From an uncultured Gammaproteobacteria bacterium (GTDB lineage Bacteria; Pseudomonadota; Gammaproteobacteria; Steroidobacterales; Steroidobacteraceae), in contig CAWBAG010000027.1 of assembly GCA_963786705.1 (NCBI GenBank), positions 1 to 64,000 on the forward strand: a stretch of 64,000 bases of DNA. Direction: 5' to 3'. Shown one piece after another: positions 42,049 to 53,553 of this stretch. Below the pieces are notes generated by a model that searched no databases, was not told the DNA's origin, and was given only the letters and a program-made list of their open reading frames with translations. Position numbers and translations under genes: made by a program. How positions within the stretch are numbered: position 1 is the first letter of the stretch; every line of letters begins with the position of its first letter.

Positions 42049-42783
42049 TGGCCATGTTCGAAGTCGACAGGTGGCTGGAGCGCGGCGCGGACTGGTTGCT
42101 GCCGTCGCGGTGCGCCGTATGCCGGGGCCGCGGCCAGCGGCAGGGCCTCGATCTCTGCGCCGCCTGCGAGGCCGACCTGCCGTACCTCCACTCCCCGTGC
42201 CTGCGCTGCGGCTTGCCGAGCGAGGCGCACGACGCGCCGGACGGGCCGGGCTGCACTCGTTGCCGGGGCATCGACCTTTCTTTCGCGCGCTGCTACGCGC
42301 CGTATCCTGTACGCGGCCCCGCTCGACGGCCTCGTGCAGGACCTCAAGTATGGCGGCGCGCTCGCGAACGCGCGCGTGCTCGGGACGCTGCTCGGCCGCG
42401 CGGTTCGCGCGCTCGGCCTGCACCTCGACGTCGACCTGCTCGTGCCCGTGCCGCTGCACCCGTCCCGCCTGCTCGAGCGCGGCTTCAACCAGTCGCACGA
42501 GATCGCGCGGTTCGCGGCGCGCGAGGTCGGTATACGCTGTGTGCCGCGCGCTTTGCGCCGGCAGCGATCGACCTCGCCGCAGGTCGGGCTCGCGCGCGAG
42601 GCGCGCGCAGCGAACGTGGCCGGGGCCTTCGGTGCCGATCGGGACCAGGTCGCGGGCCGGCGCGTGGCGCTCGTCGACGACGTCGTGACGACGGGCAGCA
42701 CCGCTCGTGCGGCCGCAAGGCAATTGCGAACCGCGGGCGCGTTCACCGTGGACGCGTGGTCGGTCGCGCGGGTGCCGGGCTGA
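42049..42783 (+). CDS. comF: ComF-family phosphoribosyltransferase (ComFC/GntX-like), frameshift near 42295
   Basis: N-terminal Cys clusters (CAVC...CAAC, CLRC...CTRC) are present. The PRT motif [13 protein letters not shown] is in another frame. Confidence 0.7.
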   Translation, partial: WPCSKSTGGWSAARTGCCRRGAPYAGAAASGRASISAPPARPTCRTSTPRACAAACRARRTTRRTGRAALVAGASTFLSRAATRRILYAAPLDGLVQDLKYGGALANARVLGTLLGRAVRALGLHLDVDLLVPVPLHPSRLLERGFNQSHEIARFAAREVGIRCVPRALRRQRSTSPQVGLAREARAANVAGAFGADRDQVAGRRVALVDDVVTTGSTARAAARQLRTAGAFTVDAWSVARVPG

Positions 42784-42879
42784 TCCGCGGCTCGCCGGCC
42801 CGACTGCAACGCGCGCAGCCGCGCAGGTTACACTGCGCCGGCCCGGACGGCCAGGCTTTCGTCATGAACAACACCAGGA

Positions 42880-44090
42880 ATGCGTATCCACCGCTGGATG
42901 CCGCTGCGCGATTTCCTGAAGCTCGAGTCCGCGAGCGGCATCGTGCTCGTGCGTGGCCGGCGCGCTCGCCCTGGTGGCGGCCAATACGCCGTTGGCGGAC
43001 CGGTACGAGTCGCTGCTGCGACGCCCTTCAGCGTGCAGGTCGGCGACGTTCACGCTCGACAAGCCGCTGCTCGATCTGGGTCAACGACCTGCTGATGGCG
43101 ATCTTCTTCCTGCTGGTCGGGCTCGAGATCAAGCGCGAGGTCGTGACCGGCGAGCTGTCGGACGCCTCGAAGGTCGCGCTGCCCGCCGTCGCGGCGCTCG
43201 GCGGCATGGTCGTGCCGGCCGCGATCTACGCGGGGATCAACTGGCACGATCCGGTCGGGCATCGCGCGGCTGGGCGATTCCCTCGGCCACCGACATCGCC
43301 TTCGCGCTCGGCGTGCTGTCGCTGTTCGGCGAGCGCGTGCCGGTCGGCCTGAAGGTGTTCCTGATGACGCTCGCGGTGCTCGACGACCTCGGCGCCATCG
43401 TGATCATCGCGATCTTCTACACGAGCGACCTGTCGGTGCCGGCGCTGGTGCTCGCCGGCCTCGCGGTGGCGGCGCTGCTCGCGTTGAACCGGCTCGGCGT
43501 GCTGCGCATTGCGCCCTACATGCTGGTCGGCACGGTGCTGTGGCTCTGCGTGCTCAAGTCCGGCGTGCACGCCACGCTGGCCGGCGTCGTCACCGCGCTG
43601 TTCGTGCCGGCGCGCGACCCGCGCGATCCCGGCCACCCGCCGCTCACGACGGCTCGAGCACTCGCTGCATCCGTGGGTGGCGTTCGGCATCCTGCCGGTG
43701 TTCGCGTTCTCGAACGCCGGCGTCGACCTCGGCGGGCTGGGCATCGCGCGACCTGCTGCAGCCGATCCCGCTCGGCATCATGCTCGGCCTCTTCGTCGGC
43801 AAGCAGGTGGGCGTGTTCGGCATTCGCCTGGGCTCGCCGTCAGCGCCGGACTCGCGCAGCTGCCCGTCGGGCGTCGACTTCAGGCAGGTCTACGGCGCGG
43901 CCGTGCTCTGCGGCATCGGATTCACGATGAGCCTGTTCATCGGCATGCTCGCGTTCGAGAACGCGGGCGCGGGCGAGGTGGTCGTGACCGACCGGCTCGG
44001 CATCCTGGTCGGCTCGCTGCTGTCCGCGGCGCTCGGCTACGTCGTGCTGAATTTCGTGCTGCCGCGACGCGCAGCAGCAACCCTTGAGCT
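42880..44090 (+). CDS. nhaA: Na+/H+ antiporter NhaA, at least 6 frame changes in about 1.2 kb (possible pseudogene)
   Basis: NhaA segments occur in alternating frames. They include [81 protein letters not shown] and [14 protein letters not shown]. Confidence 0.6.
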
Positions 44091-44131
44091 GCGTCGAGCC
44101 GGTCGTGCGAGACGGGCTCTGGCCGGCAGCC

Positions 44132-45061
44132 TCAGCGCGCGAACAGGTAGTCGAGCAGGATGCCCGCGAACACCGCGAGCCCGAACAGGTTGTTGTCAGG
44201 AACGCGCGGAAGCAGCGGTCCGGGTCGCGCTCGCGGATCAGCCACTGCTGGTGGACCGCGAGCGCGCCGCGACGCACGAGCCCGCACCAGTACCAGCGGC
44301 CGAGGCCGCACGTCCCGGCGACCAGCGCGAGGCCCGCGAGCGCCGCCAGCCTGCAGCACCGCGACGATGCGCGCGGTCCGCACGCCCGAACAGGATCGCG
44401 GACGACCGGATGCCGATGACGAGGTCGTCCTCGCGGTCGACCATCGCGTAGATCGTGTCGTACGCGGTGGTCCAGAGCACGCACCGCGACGGAACAGCAC
44501 CCAGGCCTGACGGCGGCACGATCGCCGGTCTGCGCCGCGAACGCCATCGGCACGGACCAGCCGAACGCCAGCGCCGAGGTAGGCCTGCGGCAGTGCGAAG
44601 AAGCGCTTCAGGAACGGATAGGTCACGGCCAGCACGCCGCCGATCAGCGCGAGCACCTGCGTCGGCCGGTTGAGCGGGATCAGCAGCGCGAGCGCGATCA
44701 GGCCGAGCACCGCGAACAGCGCGAGCGCCTCGGCGGGCGAGACCGCCTGCCTGGCGAGCGGCCGGTCCGCGGTGCGCCGGACGTGCGGGTCGAACTCGCG
44801 ATCGGCGAAGTCGTTGATCACGCAGCCCGCCGAGCGCATGACGAACGTGCCCATGACGAAGATCACGAAAATGCGCTCGTCCGGCTGCCCGTCCGCCGCG
44901 ATCCACAGCGCCCACAGCGCCGGCCACAGCAGCAGCCAGATGCCGATCGGGCGGTCGAGGCGCATCAGTCGCGCGTACTCGCGCAGCCGCACGCGCACGA
45001 CCGCGAGTCCGCGGGGCTCGGCGCGCTCGGCTTCTTGTCGAGGTCGCGTGACGTTGCTCAT
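44132..45061 (-). CDS. ubiA: 4-hydroxybenzoate polyprenyltransferase UbiA, about 3-4 frame changes
   Basis: [19 protein letters not shown] is present. [20 protein letters not shown] is in another frame. The C-terminus is CFRAF...[18 protein letters not shown]. Confidence 0.65.
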   Translation of the reverse strand: MSNVTRPRQEAERAEPRGLAVVRVRLREYARLMRLDRPIGIWLLLWPALWALWIAADGQPDERIFVIFVMGTFVMRSAGCVINDFADREFDPHVRRTADRPLARQAVSPAEALALFAVLGLIALALLIPLNRPTQVLALIGGVLAVTYPFLKRFFALPQAYLGAGVRLVRADGVRGADRRSCRRQAWVLFRRGACSGPPRTTRSTRWSTARTTSSSASGRPRSCSGVRTARIVAVLQAGGARGPRAGRRDVRPRPLVLVRARASRRARGPPAVADPRARPGPLLPRVPDNNLFGLAVFAGILLDYLFAR

Positions 45062-47171
45062 CGGTACCACGATGCAGCGCTCAGACCTTGCGGAATCGCT
45101 CGCCGTCGCCGACCCAGCGCCGCGACGAGCGCCGCTATGTTCGCCTGCGGACCGCGCAGCATCAATGCCGCCGCGCGCTGCACGTCCGGCAGGAGGTCCG
45201 CGTCGCGCACCAGGTCGGCGACCCGCAGCTGCATCAGGCCCGGTCTGGCGCGTGCCGAGCAGCTCGCCCGGTCCGCGCAGCTCCAGGTCGCGCCGCGACA
45301 CCTCGAAGCCGTCGTTCGTCTCGCGCAGCACGGCGAGCCGCTCGCGCGCGATCGGCGTGAGCGGCGGCCTGGTAGAGCAGCACGCAGGTGCTCTCGACGG
45401 AGCCGCGCCCGACGCGGCCGCGCAGCTGGTGCAGCTGCGCGAGGCCCATGCGCTCGGCGTTCTCGATGACCATCAGGGTGGCGTTCGGCACGTCGACGCC
45501 GACCTCGATCACCGTCGTCGCGACCAGCAGGTCGAGCTTGCCGTGCTTGAAGGCGGTCATCACCGCGTCCTTCTGCCGGCCCGGCATGCGGCCGTGCACG
45601 AGGCCGACGCGCACGTCCGGCAGCGCCGCCGCGAGCGGCGGCTGCCGTCTCTTCGGCGGCTTCGTAACGCACGAGCGTCGGACTCGTCGATCAGCGGGCA
45701 GACCCAGTACGCCTGTCGTCCCGCCCGGCACGCCGCCGTCGATGCGCTCGACGACCTCGCTGCGGCGCGCGTCCGGCAGCACGACGGTCTTGATCGGCGT
45801 GCGGCCCGGCGGCAGCTCGTCGATCACCGAGACGTCGAGGTCGGCGTAGGCCGTCATCGCGAGCGTGCGCGGAATCGGCGTCGCGGTCATGACCAGCTGG
45901 TGCGGGTAAGCGCCCACCGGCTCGGCCCTTCTCGCGCAGCTGCAGGCGCTGGTGCACGCCGAACCGGTGCTGCTCGTCCACGATCACGAGGGCGAGGCGG
46001 CGGAACTCGACGCCTTCCTGGAACAGCGCGTGCGTGCCGATCGCCACCTGGATGTCGCCCGCCGCAAGCTCGCGCTCGAGCGCGGCGCGCGTCTTGCCCG
46101 TGTGCCGGCCGGTCAGCAGCGCGACGCGCACGCCGAGCGGGTCGAGCCAGCGCCATGAAATTGCGCGCGTGCTGCTCGGCGAGCAGCTCGGTCGGCGCCA
46201 TCACGCGCGGCCTGCGCGCCGTGCTCGACCGCGCGCAGCGCCGCGAGCGCGGCGACCACGGTCTTGCCCGAGCCGACGTCGCCCTGCACGAGCCGCATCA
46301 TCGGGATGCGCGCGTCGAGGTCGGCCGCGATCTCGAGCCAGACGCGGCGCTGCGCGCCGGTGAGCCGGAACGGCAGCGCTGCGAGGCACCGGTCGACGAG
46401 GTCCGAACGTCGCGGCAGCGGCCACGCACGATCGAGGTCCGCCGCCTGCCGCAGCAGGCGCAGGCTGATCTGGTGCGCCAGCAGTTCCTCGAACGCGAGG
46501 CGACGCTGCGCGGGGTGGCGGCCGGCCTCGAGCAGCTTCGAGGTCCGCGTCGGGTGGCGGGCGGTGCACGTAGCGCAACGCTGCGTCGAGCGCCGGCAGG
46601 TCGAAGGCGTCCAGCACGCCCGGCGGGAGCAGGTCCGGCAATGCGCCCTGCGACAGCAGGGCGAGCGCGAGGTCCGTGAGCACGCGCATGCGGCCCTGCT
46701 GCACGCCTTCCGTCGTCGGGTAGACGGGCGTCAGCGACTCGGCCGGCGCGTCGCCGGCATCGGCGGTCACGCGACGGTACTCGGGATGCACGATCTCGAG
46801 GCCCGCCCGGGCCCATGCGCACCTCGCCGAAGCAGCGCAGGCGCTGCCCGCGCACGAGTGCCGCCTGCTGCGCGGCGGAGAAGTGAAAGAACCGCAGGGT
46901 GACGTAACCCGTGCCGTCGGCGAGCCGCACGCAGCAGCGCGCGCCGGCGGCGGAACACGACTTCGGCGAGCTGCACCTCGCCTTCGATGACGGCGCGGTC
47001 GCCGCCGCGCAGGCTGCCGATCGGGACCACGCGGGTGCGGTCCTCGTAGCGCAGCGGCAGGTGGAACAGCAGGTCCTGGACCGTGCGCAGGCCGAGTCGT
47101 GCCAGCGTCTCGGCGAGCGCCGGGCCGACGCCGCGCAGGCCGTGACGGGCGTTCGGCGAGCGTCTCGGCAT
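45058..47171 (-). CDS. recG: ATP-dependent DNA helicase RecG, at least 8 frame changes (possible pseudogene)
   Basis: RecG pieces lie in at least five ORF fragments. They include the N-terminus [93 protein letters not shown] and the C-terminus [13 protein letters not shown]...[17 protein letters not shown]. Confidence 0.65.
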
Positions 47172-47181
47172 TCATGCGGCG

Positions 47182-47589
47182 TCAGGCGACGTCGGGCCGG
47201 GCGCCGCTCAGAGCGACCAGGATGCCGTCCACTTCGACGCTGGCTCCGCGCGGCAGCGCTGCCACGCCGACCGCCGCACGCGCCGGATAGGGCGGCGCGA
47301 AATACTCCGCCATGACGTGTTCACGAGCGGAAGTTGCGCGAGGTCCGTCAGGTACACGTTGAGCTTGACCGCCGCGCGCGAGGTCGCCGCCGGCGGCCTG
47401 CGCGACGGCGCGCAGGTTGTCGAACACGCGGCGCACCTGCGCTTCGACGTCGCCCTGCACGAGCTCGCCCGTCGCCGGGTCGAGCGGAATCTGGCCCGAC
47501 AGGTAGACGGTGGCGCCGGCCTTGATCGCCTGGGAATAGGTGCCGATGGCGTTCGGCGCGTGGCCGGTCGAGACGGGAGTGAAAGGCAC
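47182..47589 (-). CDS. ridA: RidA/YjgF-family reactive intermediate deaminase, two closely spaced frame changes
   Basis: The GTG start has an AGGAG Shine-Dalgarno. APNAIGTYSQAIKAG and the C-terminus VMAEYFAPPYPARAAVGVAALPRGASVEVD are present. The central block is out of frame for about 60 nt. Confidence 0.65.
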   Translation of the reverse strand: MPFTPVSTGHAPNAIGTYSQAIKAGATVYLSGQIPLDPATGELVQGDVEAQVRRVFDNLRAVAQAAGGDLARGGQAQRVPDGPRATSAREHVMAEYFAPPYPARAAVGVAALPRGASVEVDGILVALSGARPDVA

Positions 47590-47752
47590 GGTGCGGCTCC
47601 TGCAGCGGGATCGATGGCGGCAGCGTAGTGGAGACGCGGAGACGTGGATAGTGCCTGCCGGTCGACCGTCCGTGACGTGAATCACCGGCGGGGCGCGGTC
47701 CGCCGCAATCGTTCGCGCCCGCTTGCGCGCCGCGGCGGGTCGTCTCGTGGCG

Positions 47753-47983
47753 TCAGGGCGTGAACGAAATCGTGCGCGTGAGGAACGTGTAGTCGCCTTC
47801 GATCGCCATCAGGCCGATCAGGACCAGCAGCACAAGCGGCGGCACCAGGATCGCGAGCTTCAGCGCGAGCCGCTCCCACTTCATGTGCATGAAGATCGCG
47901 ACGATGAAGCCGGCCTTCAGGAACATGAACAGGAGGATCAGCGTCCAGCGCAGCATGCCGTGCACGTGGAAGTAATCGACCAT
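47753..47983 (-). CDS. coxQ: cytochrome c oxidase subunit IV (bacterial CoxQ-type)
   Basis: A 76-aa 2-TM product carrying the HMKWE motif. Confidence 0.6.
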   Translation of the reverse strand: MVDYFHVHGMLRWTLILLFMFLKAGFIVAIFMHMKWERLALKLAILVPPLVLLVLIGLMAIEGDYTFLTRTISFTP

Positions 47984-48077
47984 GTAGGAAAACGTGCTGA
48001 GTACGAACAGCAGCAGCCAGATCCAGAGGTAGACGCTGATCGGATGCTGGGTGCCTTCTGGCTGACATGGCCGCTCC

Positions 48078-48771
48078 CTACCAGAGATAGAAGAACGCGA
48101 AGATGAAGACCCAGACCAGGTCGACGAAGTGCCAGTACAGGCCGGCGATCTCGACGATCTCGTAGCCGCTGCGCTCGTAGTCGCCGCGCCAGACCTTCAT
48201 CGCGACGATCGTGAGATAGACGACGCCGGCCGACACGTGCAGGCCGTGGAAACCGGTGATCATGAAGAACGTCGCGCCGAACTGCGCCGCGCCCATCGGA
48301 TTGCCCCAGGGCCGGATGCCTTCCTCGAGTGATCAGCTTGGTCCACTCGAACGCCTGCATGCCGACGAAGGTCGCGCCGAAGGCCGCCGTGATCAGCATC
48401 AGCGCCGCGGTGCGGCCGCGGTTGCGGCGATAGCCGTAGTTCACCGCCATCGCCATCGTGCCGCTGCTGGTGATCAGGATGAACGTCATGATCGCGATCA
48501 GGATCAGCGGCACGGTGCGCCGCCGAGGCTCGAGCGCGAAGACCTCGCTCGGGTTCGGCCACGGCACCGTCGTCGACATGCGCACGTTCATGTAGGACAC
48601 CAGGAAGCACGAGAAGATGAACGTGTCGCTGAGCAGGAAGATCCACATCATCGCCTTGCCCCAGGGCACGGGGAACGTCTGCTTGTCGGACGCGAAATCG
48701 GTGACGACGCCGGGCAATCCCGCGGCTGCGCCGGCCGGTTCGATGGATCCAGTCATGGTTTCGACTGCCAT
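48078..48771 (-). CDS. coxP: cytochrome c oxidase subunit III family protein (CoxP-like), frameshift near 48300
   Basis: ORF 47938..48771 holds the N-terminus. ORF 48078..48296 holds the C-terminus, which contains FGATFFMITGFHGLHV and YWHFVDLVW. Confidence 0.65.
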
Positions 48772-48791
48772 AGGCGTCCGTGATCCTCGGT

Positions 48792-49487
48792 TCAGGTGAT
48801 CAGCAGCAGGCCGAACAGGACCAGCCAGACGACCAGCAGGTAGTGCCAGTACACGGTGCAGAGCTCGACGCTCAGGCGCGTTGCCGCGAGCGTTGCGCGG
48901 CCCCGCGACATCCCGGCGACCGCGCGGGCCCAGACGACGAGGCCGCCGAGCAGGTGCAACCCGTGCAGGCCCGTCAACGCATAGAAGAATGCGTTCGCCG
49001 GATTACCGGCCGCGTAGACGCCCGCCGCCTGCAGCTGGCGCCACGCCAGCCACTGGCCCGCGAGAAATGCGATCGCGAATATCCCGCCCGCGAGCATGGC
49101 GGCGCTCGCGCGCTCGAACCTGCCGCGACGCAGCGCCGCGCTAGCGAGCTGCATGCCGACGCTGCCCGCTACCAGCAGGCCCGAATTCACCCACAGGATC
49201 CCCGGCTCGTCGACGGGCCGCCAGTCCCTCAGGTCGACGGCGGCCTGCACGAGGTGGGGGTTCATGCGCATGAAGTAGGCCGTGATGAACAGCGTGAAGA
49301 ACGACGTCGCCACGCCCAGGAACACCCAGAGACCAGTCCGTGCCGGCGCGGCGCTCGCAATGGCGGCGCCGTCCCGGCCGTCGTAGGTGCCCTGCGCCTC
49401 CCACGACCTGGTGGTCAGCTGTCGCACGGCGAGCCACCAGACGACGAGGCCTGCGACGATTCCTGCCGATGCGACGATCAGGTTCAA
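48792..49487 (-). CDS. coxO: cytochrome c oxidase subunit III family protein (CoxO-like)
   Basis: The 231-aa ORF is intact and multi-TM. Confidence 0.6.
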   Translation of the reverse strand: MNLIVASAGIVAGLVVWWLAVRQLTTRSWEAQGTYDGRDGAAIASAAPARTGLWVFLGVATSFFTLFITAYFMRMNPHLVQAAVDLRDWRPVDEPGILWVNSGLLVAGSVGMQLASAALRRGRFERASAAMLAGGIFAIAFLAGQWLAWRQLQAAGVYAAGNPANAFFYALTGLHGLHLLGGLVVWARAVAGMSRGRATLAATRLSVELCTVYWHYLLVVWLVLFGLLLIT

Positions 49488-51245
49488 GCGTGCCGTCCGT
49501 GGACCGCCGCGGCGACCTCACGCGCATCCGGTGGCTGGTTCTGCGGCACGAAGTCTTCCTTGTGGCCCGGCGCGCCGTACTCGTAGGCCCAGCGGTAGAC
49601 GACCGGCAGTTCCGGCCCCCAGTTGCCGTGCCTGGGCGGCGTGTCGGGGGTCTGCCACTCGAGCGTGGTCGCACGCCAGGGATTGCCGCCGGCGGGCTTG
49701 CCGTGCTTCAGGCTCCAGAACAGGTTGAACAGGAAGATCAGCTGCGCGGCCGCCACGACCAGCGCGGCGATCGTGATGGCGGCGTTCATCGTATGCACGG
49801 AGTCCGGGATGAAATACGTGTCGCCCATCGAGAAGTAACGGCGCGGCAGGCCGAGGATGCCGAGGTAGTGCATGGGCAGGAAGATCGCGTACGTGCCGAA
49901 GAGCGTCACCCAGAAGTGCAGCCGCCCCAGCGTCTCGTTGGTCATGCGCCCCGTCATCTTCGGGTACCAGTGGTAGATCGCGCCGCAGACGACCAGCACC
50001 GGCGACACGCCCATGACCATGTGGAAGTGCGCGACGACGAAATAGGTGTCCGAGAGCGGCACGTCCACCGTGACGTTGCCGAGGAACAGCCCCGTCAGGC
50101 CGCCGTTGATGAACGTGAACACGAAGCCGATCGCGAACAGCATCGGGACCGTGAGGTGCACGTCGCCGCGCCAGAGCGTGAGCACCCAGTTGTAGACCTT
50201 GAGCGCGGTCGGGATCGCGATGATCAACGTCGTCGTGGCGAAGAAGAACCCGAAATACGGGTTCATGCCGCTCACGTACATGTGGTGGGCCCAGACGACG
50301 AAGCTCAGCACGCCGATCGCGAGGATCGCCCAGACCATCATCCGGTAGCCGAAGATGTGCCGTCGCGCGTGCGTGCTGATCAGGTCGGAGACGATGCCGA
50401 ACGCCGGCAGCGCGACGATGTAGACCTCGGGGTGGCCGAAGAACCAGAACAGGTGCTGGAACAGCAGCGGGCTGCCGCCCTTGTGCACGGTCTGGTCGCC
50501 GAGCGACATGACCGCCGGCATGAAGAAGCTCGTGCCGAGCAGGTTGTCGAGCCCCATCATGATCGCGCTCACGAGCAGCGCCGGGAAGGCGAGCAGCGCC
50601 AGGATCGTGGCCATGAAGATGCCCCAGACGGACAACGGCATGCGCATGAGCGTCATGCCGCGGCACCGCGCCTGCAGCACCGTCACGACGTAGTTCAGGC
50701 CGCCCATCGTGAACCCGACGATGAAGATGGCGAGCGACACCAGCATCAGCGTGATGCCCCAGTCCGAGCCCGGCGTGCCGCTCGAGGATCGCCTGCGGCG
50801 GATAGAGGGTCCAACCGGCCCCGGTCGGCCCGCCCGGCACGAAGAAGCTCGCGACGAGCACGAGCACCGCGAGCAGGTAGACCCAGTAGCTGATCATGTT
50901 CAGGTACGGGAAGACCATGTCGCGCGCGCCGCACATCAGCGGGATCAGGTAGTTGCCGAATCCGCCCAGGAACAGCGCGGTGAGCAGGTAGATCACCATG
51001 ATCATCCCGTGCATGGTGACGAACTGGTAGTAGTTGCTCGGGTTGATGAAGTGGAACGTGCCGGGGAACCCGAGCTGCAGGCGCATCATCATCGACAGCG
51101 CGATCGCCACGAGCCCGATGGCCATCGCCGTCACCATGTACTGGATGGCGATGACCTTGTGGTCCTGGCTCCAGACGTACTTGGTGATGAACGTCTGCGG
51201 GTCGTGCAGGTGCGCGTGCTGGTCCGCGATCGCGACGTATGACAT
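49484..51245 (-). CDS. coxN: cytochrome c oxidase subunit I, A-family (CoxN-like, third oxidase), one frameshift near 50750
   Basis: The N-terminal 165 aa are in ORF 49518..51245. The remainder is in ORF 49484..50746 (GHPEVYIVALPAFG, VVWAHHMYVSGM). Confidence 0.75.
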
Positions 51246-51282
51246 CAGAACCTCTCCATGCTCGGCATTGCGTCGCCTGCTT

Positions 51283-52641
51283 TCAACGCAGGGTGTTGAT
51301 GTAGGCGAGCAAGTCTGCGGTCGGCTCGCCTTCGGCCACGGTCCCGCTCATCCGCGCCATCTGCGCGCCATTGAAATCCTGCGGATGGCGGCCCCGATGG
51401 CCCTGCCGGAACTGCTGCAGCTGCCGCGCGAGGTACCAGTCGCTCATGCCGGCGAGCGGCGGCGCGTTCGTCGACCACGAGCCCTGGCCCGTGGCCCCGT
51501 GGCAGTACGCGCAGGTCGTATAGCGGCTCGCGCCGGCGGCCGCGTCGCCCTGGATGGTCGAGCGCGGCGGCGTGCCAGGCAGCGTCGCGATGTACGCGAC
51601 GACATTGTCGATCGTCGTCGCATCGAGCGGCCCGGCAATCGCGGCCATCTGGCTCGCGATCGCGTCACCTGGGGCCCCGCCGCGCAGTCCCTGCTTGAAG
51701 TTGTGCACCTGCCGGGCGAGGTACCAGGCCGGCTGGCCCGCGAGCTTCGGCGCGTTCAGGGCCTGGTTGCCTTCGGCGTTGACGCCGTGGCAGGCCGCGC
51801 AGACCGCAAAGGCTGCCTGGCCGGCAGTCACGTCGGCGGCGGCTCGTGCCGCCATGCGGCCATGCGTCTGCTGGCCGGCCAGCCACGCCTGGTAGTCGTC
51901 TGCCTCGTCGACGACCACCCGCCCGCGCATCGCGAAGTGCCCCATGCCGCACAGTTCCTCGCAGAGGATCTCGTACTCGCCCGCCTTGGTCGGCGTGAGC
52001 CACAGGTACGTGATCATGCCCGGCACCAGGTCCATCTTGACGCGGAACTGCGGCACGGTGAAGTCGTGCAGGACGTCCTTCGATCGCAGCAGCACCTTGA
52101 CGGGCTTGTCGAGCGGCAGGTGCAGCTCGGGTCCCGGAACCAGCACGTCGTCCTGGCCGCGCGGATCGTTGGCGTCCATGCCGAACGGATTGTCGACGTT
52201 GACGAGCGCGGCATCGATGGCGCCGAGCACGCCGTCCTCGCCCGGCAGGCGGTAGCTCCACGACCATTGCTGGCCGACGGCCTCGACCACCGTCGCGTCG
52301 TCCGGCACCGTCACGAACTTCGCCCAGACCACGAGCCCGGGCGCCAGCATCGCGATGACGCCGAGCGACGTCAGCCCCATCAGCCACCACTCCAGTTTCT
52401 TGTACTCGGGCTCGTACTCCGCCCGGCGCTGCTCGCCCTTGCGATGCCGGTAGCGGACGATCGCGTAGGCCATGAACAGGTTCACCGCCACGAACACGGC
52501 TCCGGTGACCCAGAACGTGAGGTTGACGGTGTCGTCCATGGTCCCCCAGTTCGACGCGATCGGCGTGAACCACCAGGGATTGAGGAAGTGGAATGCAACC
52601 GTGCCGATCACGAGCAGCACGAGCGCGATCGCGATCGCCAT
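51283..52641 (-). CDS. coxM: cytochrome c oxidase subunit II with two C-terminal cytochrome c domains (CoxM-like)
   Basis: The CuA motif CEELCGMGHFAM is followed by two CxxCH motifs, CAACH and CAYCH. Confidence 0.8.
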   Translation of the reverse strand: MAIAIALVLLVIGTVAFHFLNPWWFTPIASNWGTMDDTVNLTFWVTGAVFVAVNLFMAYAIVRYRHRKGEQRRAEYEPEYKKLEWWLMGLTSLGVIAMLAPGLVVWAKFVTVPDDATVVEAVGQQWSWSYRLPGEDGVLGAIDAALVNVDNPFGMDANDPRGQDDVLVPGPELHLPLDKPVKVLLRSKDVLHDFTVPQFRVKMDLVPGMITYLWLTPTKAGEYEILCEELCGMGHFAMRGRVVVDEADDYQAWLAGQQTHGRMAARAAADVTAGQAAFAVCAACHGVNAEGNQALNAPKLAGQPAWYLARQVHNFKQGLRGGAPGDAIASQMAAIAGPLDATTIDNVVAYIATLPGTPPRSTIQGDAAAGASRYTTCAYCHGATGQGSWSTNAPPLAGMSDWYLARQLQQFRQGHRGRHPQDFNGAQMARMSGTVAEGEPTADLLAYINTLR

Positions 52642-52644
52642 GCG

Positions 52645-53220
52645 TCACTCCTTCTGCAGGAGTCGGTCGTCCGGGGAACCGGGCACCTGTTCGCGCTTCG
52701 GCGAGCTGAACGGGTTGATGAAGTGGCGGTCGACCCCGGCGAGTTCCGCCTCCGGGTGCCGCTCGCGCATCATGCTGCTGACCGCCTCCTCCTGCTCCTT
52801 GAGCGCGTAGATCAGGATCAGGAACTTGCCGGCCTCGATGGCGTCGTGGAACTTCGCGAGCTTGCGGTTCTCGCTGCCGATGCCGATCAGGCCGCCTTCC
52901 CAGGTGCCGAACAGCGTCGCGACCCCGACCAGGGCGAAGTAGACGAAGTTCGGGACCTCGATGCCGAACGGATCGTAGCGATCGATCAGCCAGACGCCGA
53001 GCAGCCCGACGAGCAGACCCGCCGCGCCGCCGAGGACGCCGTCGCGGACGACGTCGAGCGTCTCGAGGTAGTTGCTCGAATGGATGTGCTGTTTCTTCAG
53101 CCCCGCCTCGTCACGCGAGATCACGTGCACGAAGTAGTCCTTGATCCCGACCTCGTGCAGGTCGTCGGAGATCCCGTGGGTGCTCTCGAGCGTCGGCGCC
53201 AGGTAGTAAAGGCACTTCAT
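52645..53220 (-). CDS. hypothetical membrane protein at the head of the coxMNOPQ-like operon
   Basis: A soluble N-terminal domain is followed by two TM helices. The stop abuts the coxM start. Confidence 0.45.
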   Translation of the reverse strand: MKCLYYLAPTLESTHGISDDLHEVGIKDYFVHVISRDEAGLKKQHIHSSNYLETLDVVRDGVLGGAAGLLVGLLGVWLIDRYDPFGIEVPNFVYFALVGVATLFGTWEGGLIGIGSENRKLAKFHDAIEAGKFLILIYALKEQEEAVSSMMRERHPEAELAGVDRHFINPFSSPKREQVPGSPDDRLLQKE

Positions 53221-53301
53221 CTGCTCCCCCCGTTGCAAGTATTTACGCGGCCGTGGGCTGTGGGTGCGTGCGAATCGTTCCTCGACGAGGATGCGGCGCG
53301 G

Positions 53302-53553
53302 CTATTCCTCGCCCCAGAACCAGGCGAGCAGGCCGAATCCGAACAATGAGAGCGCGATCAAGGCAAACGGCAGTGCCGGCGCCCAGACCGGCAGGTGATC
53401 GAAGGCGTACGCGGACCGGATGACCGGCCCGCCGATCAGCACGGCGACGACACCGATGGCAATGCCTACGGCCAGCTGCGATCCGCGCTGCCACGCGAAG
53501 AACCACAGCAACAAGCAACCCAGCAACACGAACGTGATAAGGGATGCCCACAT
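53302..53553 (-). CDS. small 3-TM membrane protein
   Basis: The real coding part of ORF 53302..54000 begins MWASLITFVLLGCLLLWFFAW. A lower-GC promoter-like stretch lies upstream. Confidence 0.4.
   Translation of the reverse strand: MWASLITFVLLGCLLLWFFAWQRGSQLAVGIAIGVVAVLIGGPVIRSAYAFDHLPVWAPALPFALIALSLFGFGLLAWFWGEE

Noticed and set aside
47590-47752. GC-rich imperfect inverted repeats downstream of coxQ as a defined terminator
   Set aside because: The stems are irregular and there is no T-tract. The structure is too ambiguous to call by eye.
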